The notes beneath the pieces were generated by a model that had not been told where the DNA came from, ran no database searches, and saw nothing but the letters and a program-made list of their open reading frames with translations. A stretch of DNA of 64,000 nt, taken from contig JAAELW010000122.1 of the NCBI GenBank assembly GCA_024226235.1, positions 7,953 through 71,952 on the forward strand, written 5' to 3'. Made by a program: the position numbers and the translations under genes. Positions 43,427 to 53,596 of this stretch are shown here, piece by piece. The number at the start of each line of letters is the position of its first letter. Position 1 is the first letter of the stretch. This DNA comes from a bacterium. GTDB lineage: Bacteria; Myxococcota_A; UBA9160; UBA6930.

Positions 43427-44566
43427 GGCCGGGTATCCTACCGGTCGCCGTTTCCCCCCGCGAGGCTCGCCATTCATACCTGCACGAATGCCCTGGGGGC
43501 CCCCGCGCCGGCGGAGAGGATCCTGATCCTGCGTCTGGGGGCGCTGGGTGACGTCGTTCGCACGTTGCCGGCTGCCTCGGCCCTGCGCCGGGGCTATCCG
43601 GACGCTCATCTCGCATGGCTGGTCGAGCCGCCCTCCGCCTCGCTGCTGGGAGGCATCCCCTGGCTCGACGAGGTGTTGGTCTTCCCCCGGCCGCAGCTGC
43701 GGACTGCCCTGCGCCGGGCGCGGCCGGACCGTTTCTGGGCGGCTGGTGGCAGCTGGCTGAAGGCGCTTCGCGCGGAGCGCTTCGATCTGGTGGTGGATTT
43801 CCACTCGATCCTGAAGAGCGGTGCGCTGGCCTGGCTCTCGGGGGCCGGACGCCGTGTGGCCTACGCCCGGCCCTTCGCCCGGGAGGCTTCGGATTGGTTC
43901 GCGACGGAGCACGCTCAGCTCGTCCCGCCCCGCCAGAGTCGCTTTCAACGCAACGAAGCCCTGGTTCGCTATCTGGGAGTCTCGGAGTCCGCAATGGATC
44001 GGCCTCTCGTGTTGACGGAGGAACGGGTGGAGCACGCGGCGAAGGCTCTGGGCCCCGGTCCGGCTCCGATCGCGATTCATCCGGGCACCAGCGATGCGAC
44101 AGCCCATAAGCGCTGGACGGTGCAGGGCTACGCGGAGGTCGCTCGAGCACTGGCGGGTGAAGGCGTGCCTGCCGTGGTGACTGCTGGCCCCGCCCGAGAT
44201 GATCGGGAGTTCGCCGACGCGGTGGTCGCTGCAGCCGGAGGCGCAGCTCGCCGCGCTCCGGAAACCCCGACCCTTCTCGATCTGGCGGCTCTGTTCCAGG
44301 CCAGCCGGTTGTATCTTGGCGGCGATACCGGGCCGCTTCACGTGGCGTCTCTCGTGGGGACACCGGTCGTCCAGCTGATCGGCCCGACCGACCCGATCGA
44401 GAACCAGCCCTCGCCGGCCACGCCTTCGCGCACGGTTCGGACTCAGGTCGGCTGCAATCCCTGCCGCCGCGGGTGCGCAGCTGCCTCGTGTATGAGGGTA
44501 ATAACCCCCGATTCGGTCATTGAGGCTGCCCGCGAGCTTCTGGCGGGGGAGGGGACCCAGTGTTAG
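43376..44566 (+). CDS. ADP-heptose:LPS heptosyltransferase (GT9)
   Basis: Motifs RILILRLGALGDVVRTLPA, IAIHPGTS...KRW, LGGDTGPLHVAS. The start is unresolved: no ATG, GTG or TTG lies between 43377 and the conserved N-terminus. The TTG at 43376 would overlap the divergent lptF/G start by 51 nt; the CTG at 43493 is another option. Confidence 0.78.
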   Translation: MPELTQDVDRQGARDPHGRVSYRSPFPPARLAIHTCTNALGAPAPAERILILRLGALGDVVRTLPAASALRRGYPDAHLAWLVEPPSASLLGGIPWLDEVLVFPRPQLRTALRRARPDRFWAAGGSWLKALRAERFDLVVDFHSILKSGALAWLSGAGRRVAYARPFAREASDWFATEHAQLVPPRQSRFQRNEALVRYLGVSESAMDRPLVLTEERVEHAAKALGPGPAPIAIHPGTSDATAHKRWTVQGYAEVARALAGEGVPAVVTAGPARDDREFADAVVAAAGGAARRAPETPTLLDLAALFQASRLYLGGDTGPLHVASLVGTPVVQLIGPTDPIENQPSPATPSRTVRTQVGCNPCRRGCAAASCMRVITPDSVIEAARELLAGEGTQC

Positions 44567-44585
44567 GTTCCGCGCGCCGTAACCC

Positions 44586-45695
44586 ATGACCAAGCCTCAG
44601 GAAATTCTCATTCGGGGGCCGAACTGGACCGGCGATTGGATCATGGCGACCCCGGGCTTCCGGGCCTTGAGAGCGGGCTTCCCCGAGGCACGCATCACGC
44701 TGGCAGTCCGATCCGGTCTCGAGCAGCTCGCCGCGGGTGCTCCCTGGTTCGACGCCGTCGTTCCCGTGTCCTCCTACGGACAAGGCACGGGCGCGCTCGT
44801 CCGCGAGGCCATGCAGATGCGGGCCCCCCGTTCCTCCCCCGGGTTCGATCTGGGGGTGTGTCTGCCGGATTCGTTCTCCGCGGCGCTTCTGATGCGCCTG
44901 GCCGGGGTTCGCGAGATCGTGGGCTATCGGCGCGGCTGGCGCCGGGCGCTCTTGCACCGCCCGGTTTCGCTGCCGGCTTCTGGCGGGCGCCGGCTGATGC
45001 TGGCCCGGGAGCTTCATGTACTGGGGCTCATCGAGGCCCTGGGATGTGAACGCCGGGGCACGCATCTGGAGCTCTTCGTCACGGCCGCTGAAGAAGGGGA
45101 GGCGCACGAGCGCCTCGACAAGGACGGAATCGACCCGGAGCAGCCCTACGCCGTACTGGCTCCCGGGGCATCCTACGGATCCTCCAAGTGCTGGCCCGCC
45201 GAGTCCTTTGCCGCGGTTGGCGACGCGCTGGCCCGCGCCGGTGCCCGGGTCGTCGTGGTGGGCACGCCTGCCGAACGCGGCCTGGTAGGCGAGGTGGCGG
45301 CGGCGATGACCGCGCCCTCGGCGGCGCTGGCCGGGGAGCTTTCACTGGGCGGATTGAAGGCGGTCCTGCGCGAGTCGAGGCTGCTGGTCTGCAATGATGC
45401 CGGCGCCCGACATATCGCGGTCGCCTTCGGTGTGCCCTGTGTGGTGATGATGGGTTCGACCGCTCTCGAAAAGACGGATCTGAATCTCGACCGGGTGCAG
45501 ATCCTGACGGCCGATGTTTCGTGCCGTCCATGTTATGCGCGCGAATGTCCGACCGATCATCGCTGCATGACGCGCATCTCGCCGGAGCATGTCAGTGCGC
45601 GAGCGCTTCCGGCGCTGGCCGCCGACGCCGCTCGCAGTTGGCAGGGTGCCCAATGGGTGGTGCGCGATGGCGGCAGTCTGGAAGCGACCGCATGA
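44586..45695 (+). CDS. ADP-heptose:LPS heptosyltransferase (GT9), second copy
   Basis: Motifs ILIRGPNWTGDWIMATPGFRALR, LAPGASYGSSKCWP, CNDAGARHIAVA. Confidence 0.85.
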   Translation: MTKPQEILIRGPNWTGDWIMATPGFRALRAGFPEARITLAVRSGLEQLAAGAPWFDAVVPVSSYGQGTGALVREAMQMRAPRSSPGFDLGVCLPDSFSAALLMRLAGVREIVGYRRGWRRALLHRPVSLPASGGRRLMLARELHVLGLIEALGCERRGTHLELFVTAAEEGEAHERLDKDGIDPEQPYAVLAPGASYGSSKCWPAESFAAVGDALARAGARVVVVGTPAERGLVGEVAAAMTAPSAALAGELSLGGLKAVLRESRLLVCNDAGARHIAVAFGVPCVVMMGSTALEKTDLNLDRVQILTADVSCRPCYARECPTDHRCMTRISPEHVSARALPALAADAARSWQGAQWVVRDGGSLEATA

Positions 45696-46675
45696 CGGAT
45701 CTCTCCATCGTCATCGTCACGTGGAATGCCCGGGAAGTCCTGCTCGATGCGCTCGAATCCATCGAGCGAGAGATCCTGGGGAGGCAGGGCGAGGGTCGTA
45801 TCGAGGTCGAGACGCTCGTGGTCGACAATGGCTCCGAGGACGGCAGTGTCCAGACCGTGCGTCAAAAATTCGGTTGGGCCGATGTGATCGCGCTGCCGCA
45901 GAACATCGGCTTCGCCGCCGGAAACAACGTGGGCCTGGCCAGAGCGAAGGGGCGCCACTCCGTCCTTTTGAATAGCGATACCGTGGTGCTCCCGGATGCC
46001 CTCGAGAAGTGCGTTCGGTACCTCGATGCCCATCCTGAGGTCGGCGTCGTCGGGCCGCAGCTCTTGAACCCCGATCTGACCAAACAGAATTGCATTCACA
46101 ACTATCCGAGCCTCGTGACGGAGATCTTTCCGAAGGGCGTGCTCGAGAAGCTCTTTCCGCGGCGCTTTCCGTCCAAACGCTTCGAACATCCGGAGCCGAT
46201 TCCGGTGGAAGCGGTGCTCGGCGCCTGCCTCTTCGTCCGCAGGGAGGTTCTCGAGCGGGTCGGTCCGATGCCCGAGGACTACTTCTTCTTCCTCGAGGAA
46301 ACGGATTGGTGCTACCGCATTGCTGCGGCGGGCTGGAAGATCATGCACGTGCCCGATGCCCAGGTGATCCACGTATTCGGAGCCAGCACGAAGAAGAAGA
46401 TTCCGGCAGAGACGAGGATCGAATATCACCGCTCCCTGTATCATTTCTTCCGCAAGAATCGGGGAGGGACGAGAGCTGCCTGGATCAAAACCCTGCGCAT
46501 TGCGAAAGCGTTGCTTTACGTGATGATGCGGGGGCCCGGTGCAGTCTTCTCGTCCTCCATGCGTGGGCGTTGGGAGCAGGATTGGCGGGTGCTGCGCTGG
46601 CATCTGCGCGGTTGTCCGGAAAACGAAGGGTTGCGTGCATTGCGGGCAGCCGATCAGGAAGGGGAAACGGCGTGA
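45692..46675 (+). CDS. family 2 glycosyltransferase
   Basis: The ATG at 45692 overlaps the upstream stop (ATGA). Motifs LSIVIVTWNAREVL, VVDNGSEDGS, GFAAGNN, LNSDT, FLEETDWCYR. Confidence 0.85.
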   Translation: MTDLSIVIVTWNAREVLLDALESIEREILGRQGEGRIEVETLVVDNGSEDGSVQTVRQKFGWADVIALPQNIGFAAGNNVGLARAKGRHSVLLNSDTVVLPDALEKCVRYLDAHPEVGVVGPQLLNPDLTKQNCIHNYPSLVTEIFPKGVLEKLFPRRFPSKRFEHPEPIPVEAVLGACLFVRREVLERVGPMPEDYFFFLEETDWCYRIAAAGWKIMHVPDAQVIHVFGASTKKKIPAETRIEYHRSLYHFFRKNRGGTRAAWIKTLRIAKALLYVMMRGPGAVFSSSMRGRWEQDWRVLRWHLRGCPENEGLRALRAADQEGETA

Positions 46676-47787
46676 ACGTGCTGGTGACGGGAGGTGCTGG
46701 TTTCGTCGGGTCCCACCTCGTCGATGCGTTGGTGGAGGCGGGCCATCGGGTCCGCGTGCTCGACAATCTCGACCCCCAGGTGCATGGCGAGGGCGGGCAG
46801 CGCCCGACTCATCTGCACGAGGATGCGGAGCTGCAGGTGGGCGATGTTCGCGACCGGGCCGCGGTGGCGCGGGCGCTCGAAGACATCGACCAGGTCTTCC
46901 ATCAGGCGGCTGCGGTCGGGGTCGGCCAATCCATGTACCAGATGGAGCAATACGTCTCCGTGAACAGCGTAGGTGCTGCGGTGCTGCTCGAGGAGATCGT
47001 GGCACGCCGCGACCGCGTCCAAAAGATGGTCGTCGCTTCCTCAATGTCGATCTACGGTGAGGGCGCCTATCGAACCCCCGAGGGCGCGACCGTGTTCCCG
47101 GGGCTGCGCCCCGACTCCGCTCTCGAGGCCCAGCGTTTCGAGATGCACGACGACGACGGGCGCGAGCTCCAACCGATCCCGACACCCGAGCAGAAGCCCC
47201 TCGTTCCGACGTCGATCTATGCGATCACCAAGCGGGATCACGAGGAGATGTTCCTGGCGGTGGGTGCGGCCTACGGGATCCCCGCGGTGGCGCTTCGCTA
47301 CTTCAACATCTACGGGCCACGCCAATCGCTCTCGAACCCCTACACCGGCGTGATGGCGATCTTCTCGTCCCGCATCATGAATCGCAACCGGCCGATGATC
47401 TTCGAGGATGGCCTCCAGAGTCGGGACTTCGTGCACGTCTCCGACATCGTCCAGGCGAACCTGCTGGCGATGGGGAAGGACGAGGCGGACGGGAAGGTCT
47501 TCAACGTCGGGACCGGCCGTTCGACGTCGATACTGCGGGTCGCCGAGATCCTGGCGGAGCAACTCGATTTCCCCGATCCGCCCGATGTCGTCGGCAAGTT
47601 CCGGGCCGGAGACATCCGGCACTGCTTTGCCGACACGAGCCGGATCGAGAAGCAGCTCGGGTATGCCCCGGCCATGACGATGGAGAGTGGCATGCGCAAT
47701 CTCCTGGAGTGGATTCGGACCCAGAAGGCCGACGACAGGGTCGAACAGGCAGCCCGGGAGCTCGAGGCCCGCGGTCTCACACGCTGA
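46672..47787 (+). CDS. NAD-dependent epimerase/dehydratase (extended SDR)
   Basis: The GTG at 46672 overlaps the upstream stop (GTGA). Motifs VLVTGGAGFVGSHLV, SSMSIYG, YAITK. Substrate is not assignable from sequence. Confidence 0.85.
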   Translation: MNVLVTGGAGFVGSHLVDALVEAGHRVRVLDNLDPQVHGEGGQRPTHLHEDAELQVGDVRDRAAVARALEDIDQVFHQAAAVGVGQSMYQMEQYVSVNSVGAAVLLEEIVARRDRVQKMVVASSMSIYGEGAYRTPEGATVFPGLRPDSALEAQRFEMHDDDGRELQPIPTPEQKPLVPTSIYAITKRDHEEMFLAVGAAYGIPAVALRYFNIYGPRQSLSNPYTGVMAIFSSRIMNRNRPMIFEDGLQSRDFVHVSDIVQANLLAMGKDEADGKVFNVGTGRSTSILRVAEILAEQLDFPDPPDVVGKFRAGDIRHCFADTSRIEKQLGYAPAMTMESGMRNLLEWIRTQKADDRVEQAARELEARGLTR

Positions 47788-48806
47788 TGGTCCGTCTCGA
47801 TCGACGCAGGCTCGAAAAGCTCGTGAAGGGCTTCGCTCGCGTGCGCCTGCTGGTCGTGGGCGATGTGATGCTCGATGAGTATCTGTGGGGCGATGTCGAT
47901 CGGGTGAGTCCCGAGGCACCGGTGCCGGTCGTGCACGTCACTCGCGAATCGATGGCGCTCGGTGGGGCTGGCAATGTCGTGCGAAACGCCGTGGCGATGG
48001 GTGCGATCTGCCGCTTCTGCGGTGTGGTCGGGGACGATTGGGCTGGCAACAGGGTGATCGACCTGCTGAAGGATCTCGGTATCGATGTGCAGGGGTTGGT
48101 CAGGGAGGAAGGCCGGCCGACCACGCGCAAGACGCGGGTCGAAGCCCGCTCCCAGCAGATGCTGCGTTTCGATCGGGAGACCGAGGAGCCGATTTCGACC
48201 GGCGCTTCCCGGGCCCTGTGGGCCGCAGTGGATGCGGCCCTATCCGGCAGTGACGGACTCGTGCTCGAAGATTACGGCAAGGGGATGTTGAACAAGCGCG
48301 TGCTGAAGGGTCTGATGGCGCGCGCGAAGGAGGCGGGGCTGCCGGTCACGGTCGATCCCAAGGACCACGTCGCGAGCTTCCGGGGTGCGAGTCTGGTCAA
48401 GCCGAATCAACGCGAAGTAGAACAGCTCACCGGAATTCGCATCCGTAGCCGGGACGATCTCTATCGCGCCGTGGCCAAGCTTCGTCGCAGCCTGGGTGGC
48501 TCGGATGTGATCGTGACCCGTGGTGGCGATGGGATGACCATCTTCGAGGGAGATTTTCCGCCCGTCGACGTTCCGATCGCCCATAGTGAGGTCTACGATG
48601 TCCAGGGTGCGGGCGATACATCGATTGCGGCGCTCACGCTGGCACGGCTTGCCGGCGGAACCCTGCTCGAGGCGGCCGTGATTGCCAACGCTGCTGCCGG
48701 TGTGGTGGTGGGCAAGCTCGGCACGGCGACAGCGACCCCGGAAGAAATCCTGCAGTTCCTCCCAGCCGCAGCAGACGCCGCTCGAACAGGAGGTCGAACC
48801 CGATGA
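47787..48806 (+). CDS. D-glycero-beta-D-manno-heptose-7-phosphate kinase (RfaE/HldE domain I only, PfkB family)
   Basis: Motifs LLVVGDVMLDEYLWGDVDRVSPEAPVPVV, GGAGNV, DVQGAGDT. No fused adenylyltransferase domain is present. Confidence 0.85.
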   Translation: MVRLDRRRLEKLVKGFARVRLLVVGDVMLDEYLWGDVDRVSPEAPVPVVHVTRESMALGGAGNVVRNAVAMGAICRFCGVVGDDWAGNRVIDLLKDLGIDVQGLVREEGRPTTRKTRVEARSQQMLRFDRETEEPISTGASRALWAAVDAALSGSDGLVLEDYGKGMLNKRVLKGLMARAKEAGLPVTVDPKDHVASFRGASLVKPNQREVEQLTGIRIRSRDDLYRAVAKLRRSLGGSDVIVTRGGDGMTIFEGDFPPVDVPIAHSEVYDVQGAGDTSIAALTLARLAGGTLLEAAVIANAAAGVVVGKLGTATATPEEILQFLPAAADAARTGGRTR

Positions 48807-49687
48807 TCCACTCGATGACGGGCTTTGGCCGGGTGGATCTCGAGATCGATGGCCTGCCGATCTTCGTCGAGGTTCGCAGTGTCAACCATCGGCACCTCGA
48901 TGTGTCGGTCCGCGTGCCACGGCTGTTCTCGGTCCTCGAGCCCGCATTGAAGAAGCGCCTGCGGAGCCGCTTCCAGCGCGGGAAGGTCGATGCCTCGGTC
49001 GCCTTTCCGCAGAACGCATCGCCGCGTGCACGTCTCGTTCTGGATGTGGAGGTCGCGGATCAGTATCGCGCGTTTGCAGCCGAGCTGGCCGGAGGCGAGG
49101 CGGTTCAGCTTCCCGCGGTACAGCTTGTCGCATTGCCCGGCGTGGCACGTCTGGTCGAGCAGGAGCTCAACGTGGAGGCAGCCCAGACGGTTCTGGAGGA
49201 GGCCCTCGATCGGGCTGCAGAGGAGACCCTGGAGATGCGCCTGCGGGAGGGCCAGGCCCTGGAGCGCGAGCTGCGTGGGCGCCTCGAGGCCGTCCTCGCA
49301 CTCGTCGGTTCGTTGGAGGCGCGGTCAGGCGATGTGGTGGCGGCGGCCAGGGAGCGGATCCGCAAGCGTGCGGACCAGCTTCGTGAGGAGCTCGGCAATC
49401 TCGACGAGGCGCGCCTATACCAGGAGGTGGCGATCGCCGCCGACCGGCTCGACGTGACGGAAGAACTCGTGCGTCTGCGCAGTCATGTCGAGCAGTTCGG
49501 CGAAGTGCTCGCCACCGCCGATTCCGAGACGCCCTGCGGCCGGCGACTCGATTTCCTGCTGCAGGAGATGATGCGGGAGGCCAATACGGTCGGGTCCAAG
49601 GCAAGCGATGCGCCTCTGGCCCACTTCGTCGTGGATATGAAGACGGAGGTCGAACGCATCCGCGAGCAGGTGCAGAATGTCGAGTGA
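48803..49687 (+). CDS. yicC: YicC family protein (stress-induced; putative endoribonuclease)
   Basis: N-terminus [10 protein letters not shown], then RSVNHRHLD, and C-terminal [31 protein letters not shown]. Confidence 0.88.
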   Translation: MIHSMTGFGRVDLEIDGLPIFVEVRSVNHRHLDVSVRVPRLFSVLEPALKKRLRSRFQRGKVDASVAFPQNASPRARLVLDVEVADQYRAFAAELAGGEAVQLPAVQLVALPGVARLVEQELNVEAAQTVLEEALDRAAEETLEMRLREGQALERELRGRLEAVLALVGSLEARSGDVVAAARERIRKRADQLREELGNLDEARLYQEVAIAADRLDVTEELVRLRSHVEQFGEVLATADSETPCGRRLDFLLQEMMREANTVGSKASDAPLAHFVVDMKTEVERIREQVQNVE

Positions 49688-49946
49688 CGACCAGGACCTG
49701 CGCCTGCTGAACATCGGATATGGGAATCTGGTGATGGCATCGCGCGTGGTGGCGATCGTCTCGCCACAGTCTGCACCGATGAGACGGCTGCGGGAGGAGG
49801 CGGCCGGCCGCGGTAAGCTACTCGATGCCACCCAGGGGCGGCGCACGCGTTCGATCCTGCTGACGGATAGCGATCTGATCATCCTCTCGGCGATCAACCC
49901 GGAGACGATCGCAGCGCGCCTCACAGCGGAAGACGAGACGAAATGA
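49677..49946 (+). CDS. remA: DUF370 / RemA-family protein
   Basis: 89 aa: [49 protein letters not shown]. It occupies the conserved yicC-remA-gmk position. Confidence 0.85.
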   Translation: MSSDDQDLRLLNIGYGNLVMASRVVAIVSPQSAPMRRLREEAAGRGKLLDATQGRRTRSILLTDSDLIILSAINPETIAARLTAEDETK

Positions 49947-50596
49947 GCGGCCGTCGGGGCATTCCGTTCGTCGTCTCGGCGCCGTCGGGCACGGGCAAGA
50001 CCACCGTATGCCGCGCCGTGGTGGAGCACGACGGCCAGGTCGAATTCTCGATCTCCCATACCACTCGCCCGTGCCGCCCAGGCGAGCAGGACGGCGTGCA
50101 CTATCACTTCGTCAACGCAGAGGCCTTCGCCGAGTTGGTGGCCGAGGGTGGCTTCGTCGAGCACGCCGAGTATGCCGGCAACCAATATGGCACGAGCTGG
50201 AAATCGATCGACGAGCCTCTGGCCTGTGGACGCGACCTCCTGCTCGAAGTCGAAGTGCAGGGCGCCCGCCAGCTACGCTCGCGACGAGACGACGCCCGGC
50301 TCGTCTTCCTGCTTCCTCCGACTCTGCAGGAGCTCGAATCGCGGCTGCGGGGTCGCGGCACGGACTCGGATGAAGCCATCGCCAAACGTCTCGAAACGGC
50401 TCACGTCGAACTGGCCTCGGTTCATCTGTTCGACTATGCGGTGGTGAACGAGTCGGCCGACCAGGCGACACGGGACCTGCTCTCCATCATCCATGCCGAA
50501 CGCAGCGGCGAAACCGGAGACGTGCGCGAGCGCTTCGGCCGGGCCCGGGTCGTCGAAGGCCTGAAAGGCATCCTGCCCATCCCCGGACGCAGCTGA
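49943..50596 (+). CDS. gmk: guanylate kinase
   Basis: P-loop [12 protein letters not shown], then [15 protein letters not shown] and EYAGNQYGT. Confidence 0.93.
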   Translation: MSGRRGIPFVVSAPSGTGKTTVCRAVVEHDGQVEFSISHTTRPCRPGEQDGVHYHFVNAEAFAELVAEGGFVEHAEYAGNQYGTSWKSIDEPLACGRDLLLEVEVQGARQLRSRRDDARLVFLLPPTLQELESRLRGRGTDSDEAIAKRLETAHVELASVHLFDYAVVNESADQATRDLLSIIHAERSGETGDVRERFGRARVVEGLKGILPIPGRS

Positions 50597-50627
50597 CGGG
50601 AAGCCAGACAGGCCCGTTCGTGCGTGA

Positions 50628-51308
50628 TCAGATCCAGCCCAGCAGGGCTCCGAAGACCAGCAGGCAGACCGCGTCCAAGGCGAAGATCGTCCCGACGGTG
50701 ATGGCCTGCTTGCGAACATTCCCCATGTCGTGCACCCAATAGGCGACCAGGTAGAAGTGCAGGTAGCCGAACAAGAAAATCGGAATCGGGCTGTGCGCAC
50801 TCCACCACGACCAATCCCAGGTCAGTGCATCGACGGCGTTCAGGAAGATTTCGACGATCACGCAGACGACGGAATTGACGGCTGCCAGCAGCCAGCGGTT
50901 GGGCACCCCCCAGATCTTCAGTGACTTGTCGGCGGGCAGCAGTTTCGCGCCGTAGATCCCCATGAAGGCGAACATCATGCAGATCTCGATGTTGAGGCCG
51001 ATCAAGATCACGTAGGCGCTGTCGCCGGGTGTGGCCCACATCGGCGCGTACTGGGTGAAGTGGAACACGAGCCCGTTCCAGATCTCGTTGAACCAGTCCA
51101 TGCCCCAGAAGGCGAGCCCTGCGAACAATACGTTCCAGTTGCGCCGCTCGACCTCGACCGAGTAGATGTAGAACACGATGACCAGCAGCGGGATCACGTA
51201 CCACTCGAAGTGGCTGGCGTCGCGAAGCCTGTCGAGTGCCTGTTGGCTGAAGTCGGTCGGCATGGGATCCTCGAGGGTCAGGGTTCGTGGGCTCTCGTCT
51301 CGCTCCAT
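50628..51308 (-). CDS. hypothetical multi-pass membrane protein
   Basis: Aromatic and hydrophobic-rich composition (WYVIPLLVIVFYIYS, FAGLAFWGMDWFNEIW, ICMMFAFMGIYG, FLFGYLHFYLVAYW) is unlike the Arg/Pro-rich shadow ORFs. The locus looks lower in GC by eye. The start may be the ATG at 51263. Confidence 0.65.
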   Translation of the reverse strand: MERDESPRTLTLEDPMPTDFSQQALDRLRDASHFEWYVIPLLVIVFYIYSVEVERRNWNVLFAGLAFWGMDWFNEIWNGLVFHFTQYAPMWATPGDSAYVILIGLNIEICMMFAFMGIYGAKLLPADKSLKIWGVPNRWLLAAVNSVVCVIVEIFLNAVDALTWDWSWWSAHSPIPIFLFGYLHFYLVAYWVHDMGNVRKQAITVGTIFALDAVCLLVFGALLGWI

Positions 51309-51442
51309 TCTGCCGCAACTGGGGCGCCCGGGCAGACATTGGCCGTGGGCAGGGCCCCCTGGTGTGGCGGGTCGGAATTGGTCGCAATCCTTCCACTCCG
51401 GTACTCTCCGGCAACGCCCCGTTTTGAAAGCGTTTTTCCAAC

Positions 51443-53596
51443 ATGTTGCGCTTCAACGACATCGCCGATCGCGTGCTCGAATACGATCCGGAGTGCGACC
51501 TCGAACTCCTGCAGAGGGCCTACGTCTTCACGGCGAAGGTCCACGACGGGCAGGAGCGGCTTTCGCGCGAGCCCTACCTGATCCACCCCCTCGAGGTGGC
51601 CGGCATCCTGGTCGATATGCGACTCGACGAGGTGACGATCATCGCCGGGCTCCTGCACGACACGGTGGAGGATACCCTCGCCGGCCTGGACGAGATCGAG
51701 CGTCTGTTCGGGGAAGAGGTGGCTTTCCTGGTCGAGGGCCTGACCAAGATCTCGAAGGTCCAGTTCCGTTCGGCCCGGGCGCGCCAGGCCGAGAACTTCC
51801 GCAAGATGCTCGTCGCGATGTCCAAGGACATCCGCATCCTGCTGATCAAGCTCGCGGACCGCATCCACAACATGCGGACCTTGCATTTCATGCCCCAAGT
51901 GAAGGCCCAGGCGATCGCGCAGGAAACGCTCGACATCTACGTGCCCCTGGCCCATCGCCTCGGAATCGATTGGATGAAGCGCGAGCTCGAGGATCTGGCC
52001 TTTCGGACGCTGCACCCGGATGTCGTCGTCGAGTTCGAGCGGATGCTCCGGGGCCGGCACGATGAGCGCGAGCGATACATCGAAGAAGTCAAGGGCATCA
52101 TGACCCGGGCGCTCGAGGAGGCCGGTCTCCGGGCTGTCGTCTCGGGTCGCGTCAAGGAAATGGCATCGATCCACGCGAAGATGGCCGATCAGGGGTTGAG
52201 CCTGGACCAGGTCTATGATGTGATCGCATTTCGGATCGTATTGGACGGTGGCACCGAGCAGGTCTATGCGGCGCTGGGCCTTGTGCATTCGACCTGGCCT
52301 CCGGTACCCGGACGCTTCAAGGACTACGTGGCCCTTCCGAAGGCCAATGGCTACAAGTCGCTGCATACCACGGTGATCGGACCCTATGGCGAGCGCATCG
52401 AGGTCCAGCTCCGAACGGAAGAGATGCATCTTCACGCGGAGCTCGGAATCGCCGCCCATTGGCGCTACAAGGGCCATGGCGGCCGGGAGCAGGACGACGA
52501 GAACTTCAACTGGTTGCGTCAGCTGCTGGAGCGTCAACAGGAACTCGATGATCCGCACGAGTTCCTCGAGACGGCCAAGTTGGATCTGTTCGCAGATGAG
52601 GTCTTCATCTTCACGCCGAACGGTGATGTGATCAACCTGCCACGCGGTTCGACAGCTCTCGACTTCGCCTACGCGATTCACAGCGAGGTCGGCGACCACT
52701 GCTCCGGGGCGAAGGTCGGTGGAACCATGCGCTCGCTTTCCCGGGAGCTGGAGAGTGGCGACACGGTCGAGGTGATGACGAATCCAAACCAGACCCCCAA
52801 GAAGGATTGGCTGGAGTTCGTCGTTTCGGGGAAGGCGAAGAGTCGCATCCGCCACGCCGTACGTCTGGCCGAGAACGAACGCAGTCGCGAACTTGGTCGC
52901 GGTATCCTGGAGCGGGAGCTGCGCAAGGCCAGCATCTCCCTGGCGCGGACGGTCGAAAGTGGCGAGATCGATCCGGTGGTCACTCGCTATGTCAAGGGTG
53001 GCGTCGAGGATCTATTCGCCGCAGTGGGTTATGGCCGAGTCTCTTCTCGGGCTGTACTCGAGATGCTCCGACCGGAGCTCGGTGCGCCCCCCGAAGAGGA
53101 AGCGACCAAGGGGCGGAAGCTCCGCGATCTCTTCCGGCGAGAGCGCAAGACCGTCGGTTCTGGCATCCGTGTCGACGGTCACGGTGACGTATTGGTTCGC
53201 TTCGGACGCTGCTGCTCGCCGCTTCCGGGAGACGAGATCATCGGTTTCGTGACCCGCGGTCGTGGCGTCACGGTCCATTCTCGGGAATGCCGGGTGGCCT
53301 TCGAACTCGACAAGGAACGTTGCATCGACGTCGAGTGGGAAGAGGATTCGGATGTGAAGCGGCGCATTCGCATCAAGGTCACCTCCCGTGACGTACCTGG
53401 GCTCCTGGCCAAGGTGACCAAGACCATCTCTGCAGCGGGGATCAACATCGGCTCGGCCCGAATCGATACCCGTGATGATTCGACCGCGACCCAGACCTTC
53501 GACCTGTGGGTGGGTGACGTGGCTACGCTGCGCACGATGATGAAGGAGATCCAGAAGGTGAAGGGTGTGTTGGTCGTCGAACGGTTGCGATCGTGA
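51443..53596 (+). CDS. spoT: bifunctional (p)ppGpp synthetase/hydrolase (RelA/SpoT homologue)
   Basis: HD domain (HPLEVAGIL, LLHDTVEDT), synthetase domain (YKSLHTTV, EVQLRT..MH), TGS domain (VFIFTPNGDVINLP.GST.LDFAY.IH) and a C-terminal ACT domain. Confidence 0.95.
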   Translation: MLRFNDIADRVLEYDPECDLELLQRAYVFTAKVHDGQERLSREPYLIHPLEVAGILVDMRLDEVTIIAGLLHDTVEDTLAGLDEIERLFGEEVAFLVEGLTKISKVQFRSARARQAENFRKMLVAMSKDIRILLIKLADRIHNMRTLHFMPQVKAQAIAQETLDIYVPLAHRLGIDWMKRELEDLAFRTLHPDVVVEFERMLRGRHDERERYIEEVKGIMTRALEEAGLRAVVSGRVKEMASIHAKMADQGLSLDQVYDVIAFRIVLDGGTEQVYAALGLVHSTWPPVPGRFKDYVALPKANGYKSLHTTVIGPYGERIEVQLRTEEMHLHAELGIAAHWRYKGHGGREQDDENFNWLRQLLERQQELDDPHEFLETAKLDLFADEVFIFTPNGDVINLPRGSTALDFAYAIHSEVGDHCSGAKVGGTMRSLSRELESGDTVEVMTNPNQTPKKDWLEFVVSGKAKSRIRHAVRLAENERSRELGRGILERELRKASISLARTVESGEIDPVVTRYVKGGVEDLFAAVGYGRVSSRAVLEMLRPELGAPPEEEATKGRKLRDLFRRERKTVGSGIRVDGHGDVLVRFGRCCSPLPGDEIIGFVTRGRGVTVHSRECRVAFELDKERCIDVEWEEDSDVKRRIRIKVTSRDVPGLLAKVTKTISAAGINIGSARIDTRDDSTATQTFDLWVGDVATLRTMMKEIQKVKGVLVVERLRS

